A DNA stretch of 64,000 nt from Rebecca billardiae RCC1528 (Eukaryota; Protista; Haptophyta): the NCBI GenBank assembly GCA_965240325.2, contig OZ251228.1, forward strand, positions 1,488,001-1,552,000. Direction: 5' to 3'. The notes under the pieces were generated by a model. That model was given only the letters and a program-made list of their open reading frames with translations. It was not told where the DNA came from and did no database searches. Position numbers and translations under genes: made by a program. Shown here one piece after another: positions 1 through 9,988 of the stretch. Position 1 is the stretch's first letter; every line of letters starts with the position of its first letter.

Positions 1-355
1 GCGCGTGGGCGGCGAGCGGCCGGGCGGGGCGCCGGCGCGCACGTCGGCGGCGGGGCACACGCCGCTCTGGGCAATCGCCGCGGACGCGCGCGATGAGGCC
101 AGCGCGGCCGCGGCCGCGGCCTCGACGCACGCGCGCGCGCCCGCCGACCGCGCTCCGCACAGCATGCAGGAGACTGCCATGCTGCTGCGCTGCCCGCCGG
201 GCGCGTACCTCGACGATGCGCGCGCCGGCAGCGACGGCGGGCGCGACGCGGACGACACGGTGGGCTCGCGCATCTGCAGCGTCGAGCAGGACGACGGAGC
301 TGAGACGCTGGCTGGTGATGAGCTGCATGATGCGGGTGACGTCGGGGCCGCGTGA
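1..355 (+). CDS. 3' end of a hypothetical protein (partial, begins upstream of window)
   Basis: Open frame from the window edge to TGA at 353-355 with GC3-rich codons (..SRICSVEQDDGAETLAGDELHDAGDVGAA*), followed by an AT-rich stretch with AATAAA near 455-460. No recognisable domain. Confidence 0.5.
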   Translation, partial: RVGGERPGGAPARTSAAGHTPLWAIAADARDEASAAAAAASTHARAPADRAPHSMQETAMLLRCPPGAYLDDARAGSDGGRDADDTVGSRICSVEQDDGAETLAGDELHDAGDVGAA

Positions 356-523
356 GAAGGGACCCACGCAAGGATCGCCACGTGACTCGTGATGCGCTCC
401 GAGCGCGCTGTCTGTCGTCGTTCGCCTTCTTCGTCGCCAAAAATATATGCCTAAAATAAATCAAAAGGGAAATGCAGCTGCAGCTTCCTCGATCTCTCGA
501 CCCACGAGCTCTGCACGCACAGG

Positions 524-1927
524 ATGGCGTACTTTCCCGCCGCGCGGCCCGGCGCCTCCGCACCGCCCATCGTTCGTCTGAGTGCGGCGGGGGACGTCGA
601 GCAGCTGGGAGAACTGCTGCGCCAAGGCGCCGTCGCAGACCTGGATGAGCCGCACGAGTTCGGATCGCCCCTGTGCTGGGCTGCTCAACGAGGCCACACG
701 GAGGCGTGCAGGCTGCTCCTGCGGCACGGCGCGGACCCCAAGTACGTCAACGATGCGGGCATGGGGCCGTTGACCTACGCCGTGCTCGGGGAGGGCACGT
801 CCCACAGCGACGTCGTGTCCCTCCTCCTGGAGCACGGAGTGCGTGACGCGCCCGGTGACGATGGCATGACCTGCCTGATGGCGGCCGCAGGCATGGGGGA
901 GCTGGGGGTGGTGCGCATGCTGTGGGAGGGCGGCGATGCGAACCCAAGCGCCACCTGTGACGGGCTGACAGCTCGAGACCTGGCGCGGCACAATGGCCAC
1001 TCGGAGGTGGCCTCGTTCTTGCGCGACGCTGCAGCGGAGCTCGCAGCCGCCCTCCAGCCCCAGGGGCGCGTGCGCGTGGTCGGCCTCGCGCAGCGCAGCG
1101 ATCTGAACGGCCAGACTGGGACGGTGATCTCGACGGCGCCGCCGGGCGGGAGGGTGGCTGTTCGGCTGGAAGGCGGCGAGCAGGTGCGCATCAAGCCCGA
1201 GGCACTTCGCCCGGCGCGGGCGTCCCGTGCCGCGCCGGCTGAGGCCGCCCCTGCTCCCGCGCCCGGAGAGGCGAGGAACAAGTACAGCGTGTGCTGGCTC
1301 AAGCCGGCGCCCAACGGCGAGACCTACCTGCCGACGCTCTTGTCCGCGGTGGGCTCGCAAGCCGTCTTCAAGAAGGCGTCGGAGAGCAAGCTACGCGAGT
1401 TCGTCGATGGGAACGGCATGAGCCAGCGCAAGTGCTTGATTCCCCAGCTCGTGGGCGAGCCCCTCGTGCTGTGGTTGAAGGTGCAACCGCCGCCATTCAA
1501 CGGGCTGGCGACCGCGCTCGCGAGCTACTGGACCGCCGACGGCCCGAAGGGGGTGTGCGGCACGGCACTGCTGGTGCGCAGCACCCGCAGCGACGGCATG
1601 CCCACAGCGGACGTCTTCGGGCAGGACTCGCTCGCACAGCTCGAGCGCATGCTCTTCTTCATCAACGACGCGACGCTGCCGCACTCCTGCATCAGCCTTC
1701 GCGATCGGAGCGTGCGCGACCAGCTTGTGAAGCTGTGGCCAGCGTACGGGGCCGAATGCGACACGCTCGTGGGTGGCGGCCCGGGCGGCCTGGTGAGGAT
1801 CGACAAGTACGTGGGTGGCAACACGTACGACTGTGTCTGTGCCGACGATGTGGCCGAGTATCTTGCCGATCCAACCAAGTGGGTGGCTTCAAGACGCCCT
1901 GCTGATGCCGAGGACTCCGATGATTGA
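524..1927 (+). CDS. Ankyrin-repeat protein with central KOW/SH3-like small beta domain
   Basis: Ankyrin motifs GSPLCWAAQRGHTEACRLLLRHGAD, GPLTYAV, GMTCLMAAAGMG, GLTARDLARHNGHSEVASFL; then RVRVVGLAQRSDLNGQTGTV..GRVAVRL..VRIKPEAL, a module common in algal proteins; unknown C-terminal domain. Confidence 0.85.
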   Translation: MAYFPAARPGASAPPIVRLSAAGDVEQLGELLRQGAVADLDEPHEFGSPLCWAAQRGHTEACRLLLRHGADPKYVNDAGMGPLTYAVLGEGTSHSDVVSLLLEHGVRDAPGDDGMTCLMAAAGMGELGVVRMLWEGGDANPSATCDGLTARDLARHNGHSEVASFLRDAAAELAAALQPQGRVRVVGLAQRSDLNGQTGTVISTAPPGGRVAVRLEGGEQVRIKPEALRPARASRAAPAEAAPAPAPGEARNKYSVCWLKPAPNGETYLPTLLSAVGSQAVFKKASESKLREFVDGNGMSQRKCLIPQLVGEPLVLWLKVQPPPFNGLATALASYWTADGPKGVCGTALLVRSTRSDGMPTADVFGQDSLAQLERMLFFINDATLPHSCISLRDRSVRDQLVKLWPAYGAECDTLVGGGPGGLVRIDKYVGGNTYDCVCADDVAEYLADPTKWVASRRPADAEDSDD

Positions 1928-2233
1928 TTGATGACCGCTGGCGCTGAGACTGCTGCGCAGACTGGTCGGTCCGGCGGCGGCTGAGAATGAGATTCTTCGA
2001 CGTCGAATATTGATGACGAGTGCTCCGCCTTGCAATGGTGCTGACGATGTCTCACGCGCGGATCCGGGATCGCTAACGTAAAGCTAGCCCGGAATCGGAT
2101 GCGCCTACTCGGTACTCTCTCCGGCTGCTGCTGCCTGCTCTAGGCTGGGGCGGCGGGCGGCTGACTTGTCTGATCGACGAAGCCTGCTGCTGGCAACTGA
2201 ATAATGAAAACTTAGCTTACTTGCTTACAGTTA

Positions 2234-2236
<3 letters not shown>

Positions 2237-2274
<38 letters not shown>
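2237..2274. repeat. (TA)n microsatellite
   Basis: Directly visible. Other (TA)n tracts at 6024-6051, 6201-6218 and 21951-21965. Confidence 0.95.
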
Positions 2275-2276
<2 letters not shown>

Positions 2277-3339
2277 GCACATCCGATCGTCACGCTGAGA
2301 ACTAGTTACGGCACCCCGTCACACGTTACTATTCACTGACATGACTCCGCGTGCACTCCGAGACCGAGTGCAGGCACCCGGCGTGGCCGTGCCCCGACTG
2401 ACCGCCAACGGACACGCCACCGAGCAGTAGCCGCTCAATCAGATCCCCGACGGTCGTAAGTATATATATACCTTATAGTACCTACGATCCCCCGCCGACA
2501 CGCCCGGCCCGCCTGCGACGCCCGGCGGCCGGCATCCACGGTCACGGTCACGGAACGGTCACGGACACGGTCACGGACAGACGGTACGTCGCCTACGAAT
2601 AATCGTCGTCGTACTACGTAGCAGTAAGCAGTCTGCAGTAGTAAGCTAGTCGCTAACTACGGCGCCGCAAAAACTTTGTACGTAGTAATAATAAGTGTAT
2701 GCGCCCCGGGCATCGGCACTGTTACGGTGAACCGGGCTGATCAGCCGTGATGGCCGCGCCGCTTCAATCACTCGCCTTCAACTCAGTGACTTGAAGTTCA
2801 ACCAGCAATAACGGGCAATATATCAACGCCAACGGCCCGCGACAGCGCCCTCGATATATATACATATATGTATATATACACATACTCGGAAGTTAATATA
2901 TTAGCCGTTACTGAGTACGCTGTCTACGCAGCACTACTGGTACGGCTCGAATAACGCCGGAATTATAATAAGTTATATATTGCTCGTCACCGGGCATCCG
3001 CCGACGCGACTATCAACATAGCTAGGTGTAGTGACGCCCTCTCATCAGTCTATGACTGTCGTCAGACTGAGAGTATACTCACTCTGACGAATTCGTGACG
3101 GCGAAAATCGTTGTCGAATGTCGCCGTTGACCGCAACCGAAACGGGCGAAAGCGAGCGAAACCGCGACGTGTACCAATGCTGATCGAAGGCAACACGTGA
3201 TCATGCATGAGCTGCAGCCACACCGAGTCGGCATCGCCCACCCATAATGCACGGAGTATGGCCGTCTTGCTCATGCAGTGTGCTGCCAATGCGGTGCCCA
3301 CGTTTGCAGCAGCTGCGCGGAAAAGCGCCAGCTGCAAGC

Positions 3340-4098
3340 TCAAGATGGCGTGGCGTCACACGTGCCGTCGTGGCGGCACACGTCCCATTCCGTGTTGGAC
3401 ATGCCACACTCGACGTAGCAGTGGCAGCACGCGCACCACAGGCTCTTCAGCTGGGACTTTGTCTTGCAGCCCGGCTTGCCAAGGGCTCTGGCACAGATGA
3501 AGCCTCGGCCGTCATGGCTATCGTCGTGGCCGCTGTGACCCTCCTTGCCCACGCAATAATCGTTCGAGATGTACTTGAAGGGCTTGCTGTAGTCCAGCTT
3601 GTGCGGCACCTCCACCTCTGGCTCGTCCACCTTCGGCTTCGCAGGCGCGGCGACCGTCGCGTTCGGGGAAGGCGGCGGGGCAGCGGGGGCAGAGACAGCG
3701 ACGGGCTGGGGCGCCGTCTTGCCGTGTGCACACGCGTCAATGTCGATCTGCATGCGGTCGTAGGCCGCCGCCTTGCAGGCCGACTCGACCTTCTTACACG
3801 TCTGCCTGCACGCCCCGCCCCTCTGCCCTTGGCACGAGTTCGTCAGGCACGCCTTCATCGCGTCCGCGCACGCTTTTTGATAGTCGTTGCGCGTCGTCCG
3901 CGCCCGAGACTCGCATTGGCGCTGCTCAGCCGTCTTGATGAAGCTGGCGGGTGCGAAAGGGCGGTCGCCCAGCGTGAGCGCCACGAATACGACGGCCGCC
4001 ATGGCCATCGACACCACCATCGCCGCGCGCACGACGCGCCGGCGGCTGGGAGCCGCCGGCAGGCTCGGCTCCTGCTGGCTCGTCATCGCCGCCGACAT
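3340..4098 (-). CDS. Hypothetical Cys-rich protein with N-terminal signal anchor
   Basis: 252-aa ORF: basic patch then hydrophobic AAMVVSMAMAAVVFVALTLG, an 8-Cys helical region, a Pro/Ala linker and a second Cys-rich domain (WCACCHCYVECG). Confidence 0.7.
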   Translation of the reverse strand: MSAAMTSQQEPSLPAAPSRRRVVRAAMVVSMAMAAVVFVALTLGDRPFAPASFIKTAEQRQCESRARTTRNDYQKACADAMKACLTNSCQGQRGGACRQTCKKVESACKAAAYDRMQIDIDACAHGKTAPQPVAVSAPAAPPPSPNATVAAPAKPKVDEPEVEVPHKLDYSKPFKYISNDYCVGKEGHSGHDDSHDGRGFICARALGKPGCKTKSQLKSLWCACCHCYVECGMSNTEWDVCRHDGTCDATPS

Positions 4099-4436
4099 GA
4101 GTTGAAAGCAGCGCCACCAGCCCCCGTGCTCGTGTTTTTGTTTCGCTGGTGCCAGAGAGGTTCTCAGATTCCCGCCGCCGCCGCCCAGCCCGGGCCGGCG
4201 AGTTCTTCACGAGCTTCCGGCGCTTTGGAGGAGTCCGGTACAGACCGCGCACGCACGCCGGACCGCGCACGCACGCCGGACCATTTCTTTGCTATCTCAG
4301 CCCGGGCTGATTTAGCGCTGCCGGCCGCCGCCCGGCGCTCAGGGAAAGCCCCACGGCCAAGTGTGATCACGCCGGCTGCACCACGCGGCCGGGCGACGCG
4401 CGCGCCAGCCGGTGCGCCACGCACAAGCTGGCCGGC

Positions 4437-5711
4437 ATGGTTGACGTGAAGAGCCCCAAGTGTGATCACACCGGCTGCACCAAGCAGCCTGTATTCGGCA
4501 TGACGGGCGACGCGCGCGCCAGCCGGTGCGCCACGCACAAGCTGGCCGGCATGGTCGACGTGAGGAGCCCCAAGTGTGATCACGCGAGCTGCACCAAGGT
4601 GCCTTCATTCGGCAAGCCGGGCGACGCGCGCGCCAGCCGGTGCGCCACGCACAAGCTGGCCGGCATGGTTGACGTGAGGAGCCCCAAGTGTGATCACACC
4701 GGCTGCACCAAGCAGCCTGTATTCGGCATGCCGGGCGACGCGCGCGCCAGCCGGTGCGCTGCACACAAGCTGGCCGGCATGGTTGACGTGAAGAACCCCA
4801 AGTGTGATCACGTGGGCTGCACCAAGGTGCCTTCATTCGGCATGCCGGGCGACGCGCGTGCCAGCCGGTGCGCCACGCACAAGCTGGCCAGCATGGTTGA
4901 CGTGAGGAGCCCCAAGTGTGATCATGTTGGCTGCACCAAGCAGCCTTCATTCGGCAAGCCGGGTGACTCGCGCGCCAGCCGGTGCGCCACGCACAAGCTG
5001 GCCGGCATGGTTGACGTGAGGAGCCCCAAGTGTGATCACACCGGCTGCACCACACGGCCTTCGTACGGCATGCCGGGCGACGCGCGCCACAGCCGGTGCG
5101 CTGCGCACAAGCTGGCCGGCATGGTTGACGTGAGGAGCCCCAAGTGTGATCACACCGGCTGCACCACACGGCCTTCGTACGGCATGCCGGGCGATGCGCG
5201 CGCCAGCCGGTGCGCTGCGCACAAGCTGGCCGGCATGGTTGACGTGAGGAGCCCCAAGTGTGATCACACCGGCTGCACCAAGCAGCCTGTATTCGGCATG
5301 CCGGGCGACGCGCGCGCCAGCCGGTGCGCTGCACACAAGCTGGCCGGCATGGTTGACGTGAAGAACCCCAAGTGTGATCACGTGGGCTGCACCAAGATGC
5401 CTTCATTGGGCATGCCGGGCGACGCGCGCGCCAGCCGGTGCGCCACGCACAAGCTGGCTGGCATGAAGCGCCTCAGGAGTGGTGCGCACAAGCGTGGGCT
5501 GGAGCAAGCCATGAGCATCAAAGAAGTGAGCGCCGCCAAGCGACAGCGGAAGCGCACCAGCAGCACAGCCACTGCGTCGGACGTCGCAGCGCGGCCGCGA
5601 TCGCAGCAGCTGCCGCCGCCGCTGGTCACAGCCAGCGTCGTAACGACGCCGTCGCATGTGCGACCTGTGGTGATGGCCAGGCGGGTACGGGCGTCGGGCG
5701 GCCAGCGCTGA
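4437..5711 (+). CDS. EsV-1-7 cysteine-rich repeat protein (9 tandem 38-aa repeats)
   Basis: Repeat MVDVRSPKCDHTGCTKQPVFGMPGDARASRCATHKLAG fits the C-X4-C-X16-C-X2-H-X12 spacing of the EsV-1-7 family. The 114-bp DNA unit occurs 9 times (4437-5462), followed by a basic tail with KRQRKR. Confidence 0.88.
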   Translation: MVDVKSPKCDHTGCTKQPVFGMTGDARASRCATHKLAGMVDVRSPKCDHASCTKVPSFGKPGDARASRCATHKLAGMVDVRSPKCDHTGCTKQPVFGMPGDARASRCAAHKLAGMVDVKNPKCDHVGCTKVPSFGMPGDARASRCATHKLASMVDVRSPKCDHVGCTKQPSFGKPGDSRASRCATHKLAGMVDVRSPKCDHTGCTTRPSYGMPGDARHSRCAAHKLAGMVDVRSPKCDHTGCTTRPSYGMPGDARASRCAAHKLAGMVDVRSPKCDHTGCTKQPVFGMPGDARASRCAAHKLAGMVDVKNPKCDHVGCTKMPSLGMPGDARASRCATHKLAGMKRLRSGAHKRGLEQAMSIKEVSAAKRQRKRTSSTATASDVAARPRSQQLPPPLVTASVVTTPSHVRPVVMARRVRASGGQR

Positions 5712-6562
5712 GGGTTTGCCTGTGCCACTAGGCAGACTCCTAGTGCGGGCTGTCTGCGCCCGCACGGCCAGTACGCGCAGTTCGATCATCAGCAGACGAT
5801 ATTCCGCGACTCACGGCCTGCGCGCCAGTCTGCGGCGCGCGGCCGCCGGCCCGCACGCGGCGCGGTCGGCCGGCGAGTCGCCCGGTCGGCCGCGCCACGC
5901 GCCTGGGCCACGTGACAGTCGTGCCACGTTGCTCGAGTGACGAGTGTCAAATGTTGACGAGTCATTATACGTCGGACCGAGCAGCGCTACTGTAGCATAG
6001 TTATAGAGTGAGTCGTCCTGATGATATATATATATATATATATATATATATCGGACTGCGAGTTCTAACGGCCGTGAGGCCGTCCGCCTAGTCGTACCGC
6101 GGGGCCTTACGTCTTACGAGTGATGACGCCTGACGGCCCCAGACGGGCTTATACGGCCTTATTTCGTAGTCGGACGCACTGATGATGACGCTATAGTGAC
6201 TATATATATATATATATACTTATTAGACTTTTAGAGTGATAGACCGCCGGTATACGAGTCGGAGCCTGAGCAACGTAGTCGGAGCGCAGCCATTTCATTC
6301 AGATAGTTCGGATCGACATGGAGCAGTGCACGCGTGCGGCGGACCAGGCTCCGGAGCCCCGCCACCCGCATGCTCGACACGGCCAGCCAGGCCCAGGACA
6401 ACGCCACTACTGGGACCATTGCCCAAATCCGCCAGGCTCAGAGTCAGGGGCAAGCCAGCTTGCGCCCGCAGACATTCGACCCACCCCAGCGCGACGTGTG
6501 AGCCGTCGACGGAGCCGCGCACCGCGGCCACGCCGCACGCGCCCACCGTTGGGGCGCGCCCC

Positions 6563-8767
6563 TCAGCCGCGCTGCTGCACAACCGACACCGGCACGAAAA
6601 TGTCTCGGCCGTGGCGCACGCGCAGGAGCAGCACCGCCTCCGCGGCGATGTCTGCGCCCTTCGCCGAGGCGGCGCCGGCCTGCGAACCGCCCGCCGCCGC
6701 GGGCAGGGCTCCGACGAGCCGCGCGTGCAGCACCACCTCTTGACCCGGCTGCACCGCCGCCCCTGCGGGCTCCACGACCAGCCACGGCGGGAACGGCGGC
6801 GCACCGCCCTCCGTGTCCACGTCCGGCGCGGGCGGCGCTCTGAAGGCGAACGAAGCGAGCGTCGGCCCGGTGTTCCGCACGCGAAGCTCCGCGGACGCCG
6901 CAGCCAGCGGCACCGGCGGCGCCGCCGCGCCGCCCTCGCCGCCCGTCGGCGCGCTCGGCGCGGGCGGGCGCAGCACGAGCTCTCGGGGCCTCAGCTCGAG
7001 CGAGGGAATCCTAGATTCCTCCCACTCGTCCAGCGCGCGGTGCAGCTGCGCGCGCTTCGCCGCCGATGCCACCTCGAGCGGCACGCGCAGGAGCGAGACA
7101 ACGGGGCGGTGGTCGGACAGCCTCACCTCGCGCCGAGAGTAGACAAGGGAGCGGACGCGCCGCGTCGCGTACGCACCGCCGCCGCCGCCGCCGCTCTGCG
7201 CGGCCGGGCGGTCGACGGCGGGCGCGGCCGAGGGCGCGGGCGGGCTGACTGGCAGCGGCGGCACCCTCGCATCGCGCCAGAGCACGCGGTCGGTCCATGC
7301 CGGCGGGCGCTGCTTCTCCGAGGTGTCGTATTGGCTGGAGCCTGCATCACGAGTCGGACGACGACGTCGGGCAGCGCCACGAGGCGGCCAGACACGGCGC
7401 GGCGCGGCGCGGCGCGGCACAGCGTGGGCGTCAGGGTGGCGCGCGGGGCGTGCTCGGCAGAGCTCGGCTGCGCCGGGCGGTGGGCGCCGCGCCGCGCGGC
7501 GGTGCGCACCCTTGTCGTACTTGTACGTCGGGCCGAACATGATGGGCGCCTCCTCGTACGCGTCCCACGCGGTCCCCGCCGCGCGCGCGCGCAGCAGCTG
7601 GTCCAGCTGCAGCACCGGCCGCAGTCCGGCCCTCGAATCCTGGACCATCGCGCGCGCCTGCGCCGCACTCACCCCTGCCAGCCGGTAGTTCAGGTCGCCG
7701 AGCCAGACGGTGACGTCGTGGTGGCGCAGGCGGAGGCGGACGGTGGCGTCGTCCGAGGGCGGAGCGAGCGTGGCGAGCGGGACGGCGGCGGAGAGCGCCG
7801 CCGCGCCGCCATCCTCTGCGCCGCCGGCGCCACCGCCGCCGCTCGCGTCCGCAGCCCAGGATGCGTCGCGCGAGGAAGCCTCCTGCACCGCCGCCGCCGA
7901 GAGCGCGTGCTCGCTCGCCACGTCGCGCGGCAGGGCGAAGCTGAGGCGTGACTCGATGAAGCGCCACTCGGCGTCGCGCGCGTCCGCCGCCGAAGTGTGC
8001 GCGCTCAGGTGCGCGCACACGAGCGCCAGTGTCGTGTGGTGCAGCTGCAGCCGCACGGCCGCCGCGCCCTTGTTGCCGAGGAACCCCAGCGCACCCGTGC
8101 CGAGTGCGGCGGCGCGCACGTTTGAGACGGCCGGGAGGAGGTCGCGGCGCACGAAGACGAGGAGCAGCACGCCGACAAGCTGCTGGCTCGCGAGGATCTC
8201 GTACGGCCCTGGGCCCGTGCCCGCCGCCGCCGCCGCTGCCGGCGCGGCTGCGGCCGCGGCTGGCCTCGCGCCAAACGGGCGTCGCGGCGGCGGCGTCGGC
8301 GCGGCGGCAGCGGGCTTTGGCTGCGGCCAGCGCGCGAGCTCGGCGGCGACGAGCTCAAGCCAGCGCTCCGCGCTGCTCGAATCTGTGAGGAGCACCTCCT
8401 TCGCGTTCAGGTCGACCACTTCCTGCAGGCCGACCGCGACGATGGCTGGCAGCTCGCCCGCGGGCGACGCGGCCGGCGGAGCGCTGCCGAGCGCGTCGCG
8501 AACGGCGTCGGCGGAGGGCGGCTGGCCGGCGACGTTCCAGGTGAGTGACATGACCGTGCACTCGCTCGGCTCGGTCAGTGAGCCGTTCCGCTGGTGCGCG
8601 AGCACCTGCCGCCGGCGCAGCAGCGCGAATGCAGCGGGATCATAATCTTCGCCGGCGGCGCGGATGCCAATGTCCTCGATGCGAGGCTCGGCGGCCGACT
8701 GAGCGCCACCGGACATGAGCAGCTGACCGAGCCCGCCGAGCAGCGAGGTCCCGCGCGGCTGCGCCAT
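6563..8767 (-). CDS. Inositol polyphosphate 5-phosphatase, OCRL/INPP5B-like; exons 8767-7510 and 7341-6563
   Basis: Motifs TWNVAG, VGLQEVVDL, GNKGA, CAHLSAH, WLGDLNYR, PTYKYD, PAWTDRVLW and SDHRPV. A 168-nt GT..AG intron (7342-7509) separates PTYKYDKG from SSQYDTSEKQRPPAW. C-terminal ASH/Ig-like segment (LRVRNTG...PWLVVEP). Start Met uncertain. Confidence 0.9.
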   Translation of the reverse strand: MAQPRGTSLLGGLGQLLMSGGAQSAAEPRIEDIGIRAAGEDYDPAAFALLRRRQVLAHQRNGSLTEPSECTVMSLTWNVAGQPPSADAVRDALGSAPPAASPAGELPAIVAVGLQEVVDLNAKEVLLTDSSSAERWLELVAAELARWPQPKPAAAAPTPPPRRPFGARPAAAAAAPAAAAAAGTGPGPYEILASQQLVGVLLLVFVRRDLLPAVSNVRAAALGTGALGFLGNKGAAAVRLQLHHTTLALVCAHLSAHTSAADARDAEWRFIESRLSFALPRDVASEHALSAAAVQEASSRDASWAADASGGGGAGGAEDGGAAALSAAVPLATLAPPSDDATVRLRLRHHDVTVWLGDLNYRLAGVSAAQARAMVQDSRAGLRPVLQLDQLLRARAAGTAWDAYEEAPIMFGPTYKYDKGAHRRAARRPPPGAAELCRARPARHPDAHAVPRRAAPRRVWPPRGAARRRRPTRDAGSSQYDTSEKQRPPAWTDRVLWRDARVPPLPVSPPAPSAAPAVDRPAAQSGGGGGGAYATRRVRSLVYSRREVRLSDHRPVVSLLRVPLEVASAAKRAQLHRALDEWEESRIPSLELRPRELVLRPPAPSAPTGGEGGAAAPPVPLAAASAELRVRNTGPTLASFAFRAPPAPDVDTEGGAPPFPPWLVVEPAGAAVQPGQEVVLHARLVGALPAAAGGSQAGAASAKGADIAAEAVLLLRVRHGRDIFVPVSVVQQRG

Positions 8768-8995
8768 CGGCGCTCGCTGCACGGGCACTCGCTGCGCTCG
8801 AACGGCAGGCAGCTGCTGGCGAGCAGCTCCTTGCCTCCACAGCCGCTCGCAAGCCGCTTTGTGCTGGAGTTTCAGGAGTCCGGTGCTACTAGCGAGAGCG
8901 GCCGATCGACACGGGTCCGGACCGATCTTTCGCGACATCGTGGGAGCTCGAGCTCGCCAGGTGCCACGGGCTCATCACTTGGACGTCGTGGTGAC

Positions 8996-9988
8996 ATGCG
9001 CGCGACGGCCCTGCTCGTGCTCGCCGCGGCGAACGCCGCGCTGGCGTACGTGCCGACGCCGCGGGCGGGTGGGCTCGCCTGCGGCTCGCTGCGGTCCGCC
9101 GTGGCCGTGCAGCCGGCGTCGTCCGTCGAGATGATGGTGCGCGCCTCGGGCCTCGCGCCAGCCGCGGCTTGATTGCGCGCTCGCGCCGCACGCAGGCTGC
9201 GCTCAAGCGCGCCGTGAAGGCCTCGCGCGAGCGGCTGCCGGCCGCACTCGGTCCTCGTCGACCCTTGCTCTGCTCCTCACCCGCCGCGCGTCCCGCTCGG
9301 CGCCCCAACCGCGCCGCGCGCGCGCGCTCTCGCAGCGGCACGGCGTGCGGGGGCGGCGCCTCGGACGCGCTGCAGACCAGCGCAAGGCGCTGCTGCGCGC
9401 GCTGACGACGGAGGTGCTCCGGCACGGGCAGATCACCACGACGCTGACCAAGTGCAAGGAGGTGCGCAAGTCCGTGGACAAGATGATCGGCCTCGCCAAG
9501 GACGGCTCGCTGCACGCGCGCCGCCAGGCCATTGGCTATATGTACGACAAGCAGCTCGTGCACTCGCTCTTCGAGGCGGTGCGTGCCGCGCGCGGCTGGA
9601 GCCGGGGAGCGAGCGGGGCGGGGCGAGAGTGTGGGCGGAGGGGGCCTCTTCGAGGCGGTGCGTGTGTGCGCGCGCGGCGGAGGCGCGGGAGAGCGAGCGA
9701 GCGGGCCGGCGCGAGAGCGTGGGCGTAGAGGCGGCGTGGGGAGGGGCGGGGCAGGGGCGCACCCACGCGGCCTCGGCGCGCGCCGCCCGACCCACCAGCC
9801 CCACGCCGCTGCCGCCCACAATTTCCTCGGCCGCTGAACACCGCCTCTTGTTCTCGCCACGTGCGCCCGCTGCGCGCGCGCAGGTGCCGGACCGGTACGG
9901 CGAGCGGGAAGGCGGGTACACACGCATCACGCGTGGCGAGTTCCGCCGCGGCGACAACACGCAGATGGGGACGATCGAGCTGGTGTAG
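8996..9988 (+). CDS. rpl17: Plastid-targeted 50S ribosomal protein L17; exons 8996-9136, 9336-9578, 9884-9988
   Basis: Spliced product [45 protein letters not shown]...ARRQA...[27 protein letters not shown] is bL17. N-terminal signal peptide (..ALA/YVP) plus transit-like segment. Canonical GT..AG introns. Confidence 0.93.

Noticed and set aside
4339-5406. Antisense 355-aa repeat ORF
   Set aside because: Shadow of the EsV-1-7 repeat gene.
7342-7509. In-frame stop-free segments read through by the ORF track (also 49009-49134)
   Set aside because: Both have canonical GTGCGC..CAG ends. The first splits conserved phosphatase motifs and the second has intron-like low-complexity composition. Lack of stops is expected at this GC content, so both are treated as introns.
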